This document shows positions 38,104-52,206 of a DNA stretch of 64,000 nucleotides, piece by piece. Position 1 is the first letter of the stretch. Each line of letters starts with the position of its first letter. The stretch comes from the human T2T-CHM13v2.0 reference genome, Homo sapiens: NCBI RefSeq assembly GCF_009914755.1, contig NC_060947.1; one strand, 5' to 3'. The notes under the pieces are model-generated. The model saw only the letters and a list, made by a program, of their open reading frames with translations. It had not been told where the DNA came from and searched no databases. The position numbers and the translations under genes are program-made.

Positions 38104-39640
38104 AGTTCAATTGTTTTAATTTTTAGCTCCCACAGATGAGTGAGAAGATGCAAAATGTGTCAAAATGTGTCTTCCTGTGCCAAGCTTATTTCCCTTAACA
38201 TAATGTCCTCCAGTTTCTATTTATTCCTGATTCTCTGTTGGTAGCTTATACGTATCTAGGAATTGTCCCATTATTTCTAGGTCTTCCAATTCGTTGGCAT
38301 ATAATTTTTGATAGTAATCTTTTATGATCCTTTGTATTTCTGTGGTACCAATTGTAATGTCTCCTCTTTTATTTCTGGTTTTCTTTATGTTGTCTTCTTT
38401 CTGTTTTTCTTAGTTAGTGTAGCTAACAAAGACGAATTTGTTTATCTTTTAAAAAATCCAACTCTTGATTTCATTGCATTTTTTCTATTGCTTTTATAGT
38501 CTCTTTTTCATTTATTTTTGCTCTGATTTTTGTTATGTTCTCGCTTGTGCTAATTTGTTCTTAGTGTGTTTGTCTTTCTCTAGTTCCTTGAGGTGTAATG
38601 TTAGCTTTTTTATTTAAGATATTTTTGCTCTCTCGATACAGGCATTTGCTGCTATGAATTTCTCACTTGGAAAGGCTTTTACTTCATCCCATACGTTTTG
38701 GTATGTTGTATTACCATTGTTGTTTGTGTCAAGGTACTCTTTATCTCACTTTTGAGTTCCTCTTTGGCCCATTTGTTGTTCAGTGGCTCGTGCGTCAATT
38801 TCCACATATTTATGAATTTCCTGATTGCCCCAATTATTGGTTTCTAGATTCATATCATTGTGATCAGAAAACATACTTGATATGACTTCAGTCCTCACAA
38901 TCAATTGTTTTGACGTGTCTTGTGGCCAAACATAGGACCAATCTATCCTGGAGAACGTTCTGTGTGCACTGGAGAAAAACGTGTATTTCTGTTACTCTCC
39001 GATGGAATGTTCTGTAGAAGTCTGTTAGGTCCATTTGGTCTAAGGTGTAGTTTAAGTTCAATGTTCCTTTTGTCTGGATGATCTTTCCATTATTGAAAGT
39101 GGGTGTTAAACTCCCCTACTATTATTGTATTGTGGTTCATCTTTCCCTTCAGATCTACTAATATTTCCTTTATGCATGTTGGTGGTCTCGTATTGGCTGT
39201 ACTTATACTTACAATTGTTAAATCATCTTGAGTAATGGATGTCCGTATTATTATAGAGTGACTTTATTTGTCTCCTTTGCTCTCTTTTGACTTACAGGTA
39301 TTTCATCTGATATGGGTAAAGATACCCTTGCTCTCTTTTTGGTTTCTGTTTTCATAGAATATATTTCTCAATCCCTTCACTTTCAGTCTATGTGCTTCTT
39401 TCATGTGACGTGAGTCTCTTGTAGGAGGATAGAGTTTGGTAAGACTGAAAGCTTTTCCCCTGAGATCAGGAACAAGATAAGGATGCCAGCTTTACCACGT
39501 CTATTCAGTATTGCACTGGACATTTGAGCCAAATCAATATAGAAAAAAAAGAAAACAAAGAAGGAGTTTTTGAAGCGGAAAGTTAAAAGCCATCTCTATT
39601 AAAAAATGACATGATATTAAATATGCAAAATATAGAGAGA
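38104..39640. mobile_element. Rearranged old L1 pieces (3'UTR and endonuclease region on minus; RT fragment on plus from ~39440)
   Basis: ttttagctcccacagatgagtgagaa (3'UTR); antisense endonuclease region; gactgaaagcttttcccctgagatcaggaacaagataaggatgcc (sense RT). Confidence 0.75.
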
Positions 39641-41049
39641 ATGTCATGAGAGGTAATAAAGTTTTGGTCTCTGTGGGGCCTTGTAGGGCCCTGAAAGTGT
39701 TTCGGACGTTACTGTACGTGACATTTGAAATCCCTGAAAGGTTTGGAGCTTTCCAGTGATCCCTCGGGCCGTGTGGTTATGAACAGGCTGGAAGGAGCCA
39801 AAACATGAAGCAGGGTGACCAGTTAGGATGGGTCTTCTGTAATTCCTTGGCACTGTGACTGTAATCTGTTTGTCTTTCCTCTCCTGTAGAGAAAACAGGC
39901 ATGATCACTGCAAAAGATGAACACACAGAGGGAGGGGGAAAGTGAGGGTCTTAAGAACCAGGTGGAAGCAGTGCTGGGGCATCAAGAGAGGTCTACAGGG
40001 TGGAGGACAGTAGTCCCCAGTGCAGCGGGCTGGAAGGGTTCACTGAACGTAGAGGAATGCTGAGAGTCATGGGAATGAATTGGGGTGGTAATAGGTCATG
40101 AAAGGAGCATAGTGTGCGTGGCCTGTCTTTTCATCATGTCTCAGCATGAAAAACACAAGAGAGGGGAAGGAAGATGAATGCAGGCTCCTTCTTTATGGTA
40201 CTTGTAATTGCAGAGACTTAGAGAGTATGTAATCTATGCTGGACACAGTCTTGTGCCCATTATGTGTGACAACTAACTTAATCCTCAAAGCTCTGCAAGG
40301 CAGGGATTATTATCATAGCTTTTTTTGTAGATGAGGAACTGAATGTCTAAGGAAGTTGAACAACTTGCCTAAAGGCCCCAAGCCTGGGAGAATTGGGATT
40401 TGGGTCCAAGCAGCCTGGCTCTGTCATCGGTGCCCATAAGCACAGTGTTTGACTCAGTAGCCTGAGGCCAGTTACCTGCTGAGTGCAGACACCCATCCTT
40501 CTGTTTCCTTCTTCCTCCCTTCATTCAGGAAACACTCCCCAGGGAGAGGTAAAGACCCTAGAGGGAGGGGGTGGTTGACAGATCAGGACAAGACTTGACA
40601 TGTATCTGTGGCCATTTAGAGACATGGTGGAGGGACTGGCTTCACACAGAAGGAGGTGATAGGGATCCCTCACTGGGGCTCCGTGACTGCACTTCTGGGG
40701 GTCTCTGAATTGTACCAGACGGGTTGTGGTTCAGGAGGTTTTAGGAAGGAACAGGTCCACGTTAGCCTCAGATTTTCCAAGGCATAGAAAGCCCACCTGT
40801 ATCCCACGTCCCCAAAATAAAAATGTGAGGCTCTACTGCTCTGAGTTAAAGAATGCAGTTAGACAAGTGTGTGGGTAGCAGCAGGGATCCCACAGCATCT
40901 ACCGAGTAAGAGCGTGATGGGACCCAGGACATTATGGACACATTGTTAGACAAATCTGTTCATCACCTGACACACATAGACTTGTTAGATTGTAATAGCA
41001 GTGCTAGATTATTTCTCAATTGTTCCCTTAATCTACATACTCAAGATTT

Positions 41050-43135
41050 TTAGACTAATAGACTATATTTGTTTTAAAGAAAAATTGAGTGGAAAGTACT
41101 GACAGTTCACATATGCCCACCACCACCGTCTCCTCTATGATTCACATCTTGCACTAGTGTGGGACATTTGTTACCACCGAAGAGCCAGTATTGATACATT
41201 ATTATTAACCAAAGCTGGTAATTTATATGGGGCTCACTCATTGTGTTGCATAGTCTATGGGCTTTGACAAATGTAATCAATCGCACTTGGTCATGGCGTA
41301 TATTTCTTTGTACACCTTATTGGATTTAATTTGATAATGTATTATTGGGAATATTTACATTGGTGTTCGTGAGAGATATTAGCCTATAGTTTTCCTTCCT
41401 TATAACATCTTTGTCTGATTTTGGTATTAGGGTAATACCGGCCTCAAGGAATGAGTTAGGAAGAATTCTCTTTGATTCAAACTTTTGAAGAGATTGTAGA
41501 CAATTCGTATAGTTTAAAACTTAAATGTTTGGTAGAATTTCCCAGTAAACCCAGCCGGGTTTCCTGATTTCCGTTTTGGAAGGTATTAATTATTGATTCA
41601 ATTTCCTTAATAGTCATAGGCCTATTCAAAGTATCTGCTTCTTCTTCTGTGTGTTTTGATAGATTGTGCCTTTTCAGAATTGTTTTATTTCATCTAGGTT
41701 ATGGAATCTGTGGGAGTTAAGTTGTTTATTATTCATTTAATGTACCTGGGATCATTGGTGGTGGCCCCTGTTTCACTTCTGATATCAGTATTTGTGTTCT
41801 CTCTCTCTCTCTTTTTTTTTTTACTTAGCCTAGCTAGAGGTTCAAAATTGTTTTGATCTTGTCAAAGAGCCACCTTTTAAAAATTCTTTCCAACTTTTAT
41901 TTTAGGTTCAGGGGGTACATGCACAAGTTTGTTATATGGAAAATTGCATGTCATGGGGGCTTCGTATACAAATTAGTTCATCACACAGAAAATAAACATA
42001 GTACGCATCAGGTAGTTTTTCTATCCTCGTCCTCCTCTCACCCTCCACCGTCACATAGGCCCAGGTGTCTATTTGTCTATTGTTTGTTTCCATGTATACT
42101 CAAGGTTTGGCTCACACTTGTAAGTGAGAACACGTAGTACTAGGTTTCCTGTTCCTGCATTTATTCATTTAGGATAATGCCCTCCAGCCCCACCCTGTTG
42201 CTGCAAAGGACACAATCTCATTCTTTTTGATGACTGTATAGTATTCCATGGTATAGATACACCAGATATTCTTTATTCAGTCTACCATTGACGGCCACTT
42301 ACGTCGATTCCATGTATTTGCTATTGTGAATAGTGCTGCAGTGAACATATGTGTGCATCTGTCTGTACGGTACGATGATTTATATAATTAGTTAGGTATA
42401 TACCCAGTAATGGGATTGGTGGGTCGAATGGTAGTTCTGTGTAAGTTCTTTGAGAAATCTCCAAACTGCTTTCCACAGTGGCTGAACTAATTTACATTCC
42501 CACCAGCAGTGTATGAGCATTCCCTCTTCTCCACAGTCATGCCAGCTTCTGTTATTTTCTGACTTTTTAATGATAGCCATTCTGACTGACTGGTGTGACA
42601 TGGTCTCACACTGAGGTTTTAATTTGCATTTATCTGATGATTAGTGATGTTGAGCATTTTTTCATATGCTTCTTGTGGCACGCGTATATCTTCTTTTGAG
42701 AAGTGTCTGTTCGTGTCCTTTGCTCATTTTTAATGGGGCTGTTTGTTTTATGCTTGTTAATTTCTTTAAGCTGCTTATGGAATTTGGATATTAGACCTTT
42801 TTCAGATGCAGAATTTGCAAATTTTACTCCCATTATAGAGGTCGTCAGTTTACTTTGTTGATAGCTTGTTTTGCTGTGCAGAAGCTCTTTGGTTCAATTA
42901 GGTCCCATTTCTCAATTTTTGTTTTTGTCATAATTGTCTTTGGTGTTTTCATCATGAAATCTTTGCCAGGGCCTATGTCTAGAATGGCATTTCTTAGGTT
43001 GTCTTCTAGGATTTTTTTTTTTTTTTTATAATTATCTGTTTACATGTAAATCTTTAATCCATCTTGAGTTGGTTTTTGTGTATGGTGAAATGGAGGGGTC
43101 CAGTTTCACTCTTCAGCATATGGGTAGCCAGCATA
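41050..43135 (-). mobile_element. L1M fragments plus the 3' portion of an old L1PA (from ~41890)
   Basis: ttttattttaggttcagggggtacatgcac; ORF2 C-terminal translations HCWWECKLVQPLWKAVWRFLKEL and KKHMKKCSTSLIIR. Confidence 0.8.
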
Positions 43136-45592
43136 GGGAGGTATCAATTAACTGCCATATTTCTTACCTCAAGAACCGGGAGATCATCCCTCCTGATCTG
43201 GAAACCTCTACACCACTGCCACCAATCTCCTCACCTCCGTGCACAAGATTATAAAGGTCAGAGCTCTGTGCTGGTACATGTGAGGATGCATGTGGCAGCT
43301 CCACAAGTTTCCTTGATCACACTTGTGCTGTTGGCTACTGACAGCAATCCATGAGTGGGAACTCTACAACAAATTTTTATCAGAAGACCATAACTATTCT
43401 ACAAAATCTGAGAAATAGAAGCAACTGATAAGCTTGATAAAAACAAGAACGCAGGTAGCTCAGGAGAACTCAACAGTGGATCTTCTAAATCACATTTTCT
43501 GTAAAGAAATGGTATCATCAGACTGAGCAGGAAAATACTCAGTCATATAGTCTAGTCCAGAGCTCCAAAATTGGCAGGACAAAACCATGATCGACTCCGC
43601 TAGGTTGAGGTGAAAAGTATGAAACCAAGTAACTACGGCCAGGGGACTCAGTCAATAGCAAACACAAGGGTGTGTATGCAGTGGGCAGTTCTCAGAGAAA
43701 TGACACCAGCTGGATGGACCAATCAGCGTGAGACCCCTGCTTTTACCTGAAGGATACAAATACAATACATGGACATTTTGACATGTCCAGTAAGTAAAAC
43801 TCAAAAATTAGTTCTTTAAGTAGAAATGCACGTATAACACACAATGGAGACAACTGAAAGACAAAGACACACCCAAACTCACAGCATCCCTTAAGGTAAA
43901 CCCTGTCAAAACCATGAAGAGCTAATGTCATGGGACCATGCTTTGACTCAGAGTCCTCCAGGTGAATTTCCCCACTGCTGTAGGACTGCTGTAATGTGTT
44001 GAGACTCAGAAAACTATGGGCTAATGTTTCCATGTTGTTACACGGCCATTGCAAAATATTACATGCGATTTTAAGAATCAAGGAAAAGCAATTACGGGCA
44101 TACCTCTGACCTATTGCATTTTTGGGTCTTCACCACTGCAATAAAGTGAGCCACACAAATATTTTGATTTACCAGTGCATATGAAAGTTTCATTTACCGT
44201 ATAAAGAAATATATTTAGTGAGCGATAGCATTATGTCTACAAAACAATATACACACTTTAATTAAAAAATACTTGATTGCTAAAAAAGACTAACGATGGT
44301 CAGAGCCCCCAGCAAGTCATCATCTTCTTGCTGGTGGAGGGTCTGGTCTTGATGTTGATGGCTGCTGGCTGACCAGCGTGGTGGTTGCCGGAGGGTGGAG
44401 TGGCTTTGGAAATTCCTTAAGAGAAGACAACGATGAAGTTGGTCACATTCATTGACTCTTCCTTTCATGAAAGATTTCTCTGTGGCATGCAATGCTGTTT
44501 GATAGCATTTTACCCAGAGTAAAACTTGCTTTAATATTGCACCCAATCCTCTCAACAATCCCCCCCACCCACACACACACACACACACACACCTGCTTTG
44601 TCAACTGCATTAATGTAATATTTTAAATCCTATGTTGTCATTTTAACAACGTTCACATCTTCTGCACTGGGAGTCGATTCCATCTGAAGAGAACACTTTC
44701 TTCACTCATCCGTAAGAAGCAACTCATCCATTCGAGTTTTATCAATTCACTCACATCTTCAGGCTCCACTTCCAATTCCAATTCTCTTTTTATTTCCAAT
44801 ACATCTGCAGTAACTTCTTCCAATCAAGTCTTTAACCATCAGTGTCAGCCAGAGGTTTGTAATCAACATCTTCCACACTCTTGTTGACATTCATATTTTG
44901 ACCTCCTCCTGCGACTCATGAATGTTCCTAATGGAATCTAGAATGGTGAATCATTTCCAGAAGGCTTTCTGTTTACTTTGTCCAGCTCCATCAGGGGAGG
45001 TTTTCCATTTACTTTGTCCAGCTCCCTATGGCAGCTGTAGCCTTATCAAATGTATTTCTTAAATAAGACTTGGCAGTCAGTCAAAATTACTGCTTGATCT
45101 ATGGGCTGCAGAATGGATGTTGTGTTAGCAGGCATGGAAACAACATTCATCTTCTTGTACATTTCCATCAGGGCTCCTGGGTGACCATTGCATTGTCAAT
45201 GAGCAATAATATTTTGAGAGGAATCTCTCTTTTCTTTTTCTTCCTGAGCAGTAGGTCTCAACAGTGGGCTTAAAATATTCAGCAAACCATGTTGTAAGCA
45301 GGTGTGCTGTCATCCAGGCTTTGTTGTTCCATTTATAGAGCATGGGTGGAGCTGATTTGGCATAGTGCTTCAGGGCCCTAGCATATTTGGAATGATAAAC
45401 GAGCATTGGTTTCAACTGAATATGTTTAGGTGAATTAGCCCTTAACATGAGAGTCAGCCTGTCCTTTGAAGGTTTGAAGGCAGGGATTGGCTTCCCCTCC
45501 CTAGCTATGAAAATCCTACGTAACATCTTCCAATAGAAGACAGTCTAATTCAGACTGAAAATCTGTTGTTCAGCGTAGCCACCCTCATCATC

Positions 45593-47454
<1,862 letters not shown>

Positions 47455-47509
47455 TAACGTGCTGCAGCCTCAACTTCTGCATTTGATGCTTCATCTTGCA
47501 CTTTGAAAA

Positions 47510-47836
47510 TATTTTCTTTTCAAGTTTTTAGAGGCAGCATCTTGCTCTTTTACCCAGGCCAGAGTAAAGTGGCATGATCACAGCTCACTGCAGCCTCGAA
47601 CTCCTGGGCTCAAGTGATCCCCCACCCACCATAGCCTCCTGAGTAGCTGAGACTACAGGTGTGTGCCACCACCCTTGGCTCATTTTAATTTTTTTTTTTT
47701 TTTTTTTTTTTTTTTGTAGAGGCAGGGTCTCACTACGTTGCCCAGGCTGGTCTCAAACTCCCTGCCTCATGCAATGTTCCCAACTCGGCCTCCCAAGCTG
47801 TTGGGGTTACAGGCATGAGCCACCCTGCCTTGGTGC
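47510..47836 (-). mobile_element. AluJ in Tigger1
   Basis: Antisense Alu dimer with an expanded central T-run. Confidence 0.85.
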
Positions 47837-49262
47837 CTATTGCACTTTTATGTTATGGAAACGGTTTAATCTGCTAGCTTACTTCTGCAGTTTCATTACC
47901 TCTTGCAGCCTTCATAGAACTGAAGAGAGCTAGGCCTTGTTCTGGATTAGGCTTTGGCTCAAGGGAATGTTGTGGCTGGATTGACCTTCTATCCGGACCA
48001 CTAAAACTCTTCACACCGCTATCAGACTGTTTCTCGCTTTCTTATCATTGGTGTGCTCACTGCAGTAGCACTTTTGATTTCCCTCAAGAACTTTTCCCCT
48101 TTGCGTTCACAACTTGGGTGACTGGTGCAAGGGACCTAACTTTCAGCCCGTCTTGGCTTTTGACATGCCTTCTTCAGGAAGCTTAATCATTTCTAGTTTT
48201 TGATTTAAAGTGAGAGACTTGTGAGTCTTCCTGTCACTTGAACACTTAGAGGCTATTTTGGGGTTATTGCTTGGCCTAATTTCCATATTGTTGCGCCTCA
48301 GGGAATAAGATATCCTGAGGAGAAGGAGAGAGATGGGGAACAGCTTGTCGGTGGAGTCATCAGAACACACACAACATTCGTTTAGTTCGCTGCTGTCTGA
48401 TATGGGTGTGGTTCTTGGTGCCCCAACAGAATGACAATAGTAACATCAAAGATCACTGATCACAGATTACCATAACAGATATCACAGGAATGAAAAAGTT
48501 GGAAATAAGAGTTACCGAAATGTGACACAGGAACACAAAGTGAGCACACGCTGTTGGATAAATGGCACCAATAGACTTGCTCGACATAGGGTTTCCACAA
48601 ACCTTCAGTTTCGAAGAAACACAGTAGTTGCAAAGTGCAATGAAGAGAAGTGCAGTAAGATGAGGTATGCCTGAATGTAGAAGCCGTAAATGGCACTTTA
48701 TTAATGTTCCCTGATAGGAGAATTCTCCCCGTTGGGTGTAAAATCTGAAAACGTTGAGGGAAGGGGCACACATCTGTAATCATGACAGATTCCATGCTCA
48801 TGTCTAAGTACAAGTTCCCAGAGCAGCGTTTTCTGGGCTACGGAGGAGAGGTCAAGATGTCTCACTTCTGGCATAAAGTGCACTCCACGTGTGTTGGCTC
48901 AACACTCTAACAGAAAAACTTGTAGTCCCCAAGTTGATACTAGAATGGAGTCTACAAGAGACCTTTCCAGAATTCTGTAGGACAGGCTGTGTCTGACTGA
49001 TGGGGAGACTGAGAAAGTCATAGCAATTCACTAGACACAGCCCACTGCTGTTCTTGGCCAAGTGGATCAGAAGCAGTACAGCAGTTCTGCATACAAATAA
49101 GAGGAGGTGAGGGGAGCTCAGAACACCGACCCAAATCCACAACATTAGGAGGCCAGCTAGGATGGCAGTCAGTCTTCCTTATTTTGGGATATCATAGTAA
49201 GCACAATGGGCTGAGAGGGCAAATGCCAATGCATAGGAACATAGGGGAGATTACCAAAATTA

Positions 49263-49265
<3 letters not shown>

Positions 49266-49312
<47 letters not shown>
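49266..49312. repeat. (TG)n microsatellite
   Basis: Read directly from the sequence. Confidence 0.95.
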
Positions 49313-49315
<3 letters not shown>

Positions 49316-51212
49316 ATTCTCTGGACACGTTTTGAGAGTCTTGCCTATTCAAATAACTCCAACACAGAATCTGGTCCTTACTTGGCGCCAACTATTCTTT
49401 CAGCTTCTGTGTATCAAAAGTACTAAAGATCAGGTATAACTCCCTGTGAAGACATAGTTTTGAATAAAGCATGAGAAGGGGAGAGGTGTGAGCAAATTAC
49501 TCGTCATTCCTGCTTGTGCCTTCAGGTCCCATTTGCACAAGATCCACTTGATGGGGTTGTCTGAAAATGTGTCGCTTTGCCCAGATTCGGGAATATACAG
49601 TTGTGGGTGGCAATTGGTGACATGCCATCATGGTGAGATGTTCCCAACGATTCTGTGCTCACCCCCAAACTCAAGTTCCAAGACCAGTCTTTTCTGGACT
49701 ACGGAGAAGTACAGATGTTTACTTTCTGGCATCAATCCAAGTGAAGTTAATGAAAAGAAGAAGGGAGCATGGTCTCTCTCTAGAACACCACTGTGCATTG
49801 GCAAGAACCTCCTCTTGTGGCTTGTCGTGATCTACATAACATGTCTTGATATGCTGCACAAACACCCTCATGCACTGCCCCTTACTGCCTGCTATGGTTG
49901 CTTGCATCCCAGCCTGAATCCCCTGGAGAGATTTCTTCCCCTGTGGGACTGAATACCTGTTTTAATATAGGATATTTAAGGTAAAGAGCACCCCTCCAAT
50001 GATTAGAAGAGACACAGATGGAAATAGGCATTTTATCACTTGCCGATCCTGGAGGGTACCTGGCACACCTGGAGGGCACACATGTGTGGCAGGGAGCCCA
50101 GGCAGGGAGAGAGAAAGGGACCCGTGGGCCAACAACCTTATGCGCATCCCAGGGGTTATCCAAACGGGTTTCCCGTGGGGAGTTTTAATTGGTGGGCTTA
50201 AAGCAGGCAGACACATGTTTCAGGAGGTCACACTATGACTGAGCAGTGGTCATTGTGGCCTATCTGTGCAAACTGTGCAGGGTATCAGGGTCAGTGGGGC
50301 TGGCCAAGTAGGCTATATGTACATCTTCATATGTACAGACCTGAAACATCTCATGATGTTTCTTAAAAAGAGGAGGTGGCTTACATGGAATACAACTGAT
50401 TATAGGTTGATAATGAAGACACATAATACGCATGTATGTATGTGTGTGTGTATATGCATGTATGTACATTTTAACATGTATATTTATTATCTTACACACA
50501 CACACACACACACAGAGAAATAAATTCTCCTGCTTCATTTATGTTTCCAGCATAAACTCTTAGGAGTGGAATTTCCTGTTCAAAGGTTTCTGATGAAGAT
50601 TCAATCCATTGAGTTTTAAATCACTTTTCATGTTTCTCATTTGAATAGCCTAGTTCATAGCACATACCACTTCACAATTGGTGTCTTTACAACCGTCCAT
50701 ACCAATGTCATGGTATTTCCCCTGTATTTGCTTTCACTGAGGTCTTGTGCACCAAGGTCTTGTGTCTCTCTATACCACTACTTGTGTCACTCTCCTAGTG
50801 GATGACCCATAAGACACCCCGGCCTCTCTGCTCCCCGACTCCTCTCGTCCTCACAGTCAAACCTCAGGCTTCCCCTCAAGTTTCATTTCTCATCCCCAAC
50901 CCTCCCTCCTCTGTTTCATCTCCTTTGCAAACACCATCACCTGTCAAACTTCATTCACTTTGTCATTCTCCGCTGGCAAAACTGGAGTCTAGTAAGGCCC
51001 AGCTATCCAACTATTCTCCACCTGCACCCAAGTAACAGAACTCTGCTGCATAAATTATAACACCAAATGCAGCTATATAGACCCATACCAAAATAGGGAC
51101 ACACATTTCACAGGGACCACTCAATACTACCCAATAATCCTACTGTATTACCCCCAGGAAGTATGATTTTCCACAATCTGAGGTTATCTATGCTTCTAAA
51201 TGTAACACAGCT

Positions 51213-51690
51213 GTGTTAATTTCCTAGGGAGGCCAAAACACATTACCCCAACTGGGCGGCTTAAGACAACAGAAATTTATTCTGTGGCAGTTCTGCAGGC
51301 TACCAGTCTGAAATCAAGTTGTCAGTGAGGTTGGTTCCTTCTGGTGAGCTCTGATGGAGAGTCTATTACAAGTTTCTGGAGGTTACCAGTAGTCATTGGT
51401 GGCTTTTCTTGGGTTGCAGATGCATCACTCCAAGCACTTCCTCCTTCATCTGATGGTGCTCTTACCTGTGTGTCTGTGTGTCCAATATCCCTCTTCTTAT
51501 AATGCCACCACTCACTAGATTAGTGGTGTATGACCAATCCTAATGCTGTGGGACCTCATCTTAATTTGACTTTTTCGTTTTTTATTTTATTTTTTTGCAA
51601 AGACCCTATTTCCAAATAAAGTCACATTCACAGGTATTGGGACTTAGAACTTGAGCATAACTCTTTAGGGGCGAAACTGAACCCACAACA
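51213..51690 (-). mobile_element. MLT1 (B/C-like) LTR
   Basis: ggcttaagacaacagaaatttattct...gcaaagaccctatttccaaataaagtcacattcacaggt. Confidence 0.8.
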
Positions 51691-51801
51691 ACTGCTCTTG
51701 TACATTTTGATTACTCCAATATTCTATGATTGTCAATGAAAAATTAGGACACACAGATAAGCAGACATTTCCTCTTATTTCTCTGAGAAAACAAAGGCCA
51801 T

Positions 51802-52206
<405 letters not shown>

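Noticed and set aside
45125-45526. Tigger1 transposase ORF as a domesticated TIGD-type gene
   Set aside because: Interrupted by L1 and Alu insertions and frameshifted
49568-49620. IREYTVVG resembling the RPL18A N-terminus
   Set aside because: Only 8 residues and the similarity does not extend; likely chance
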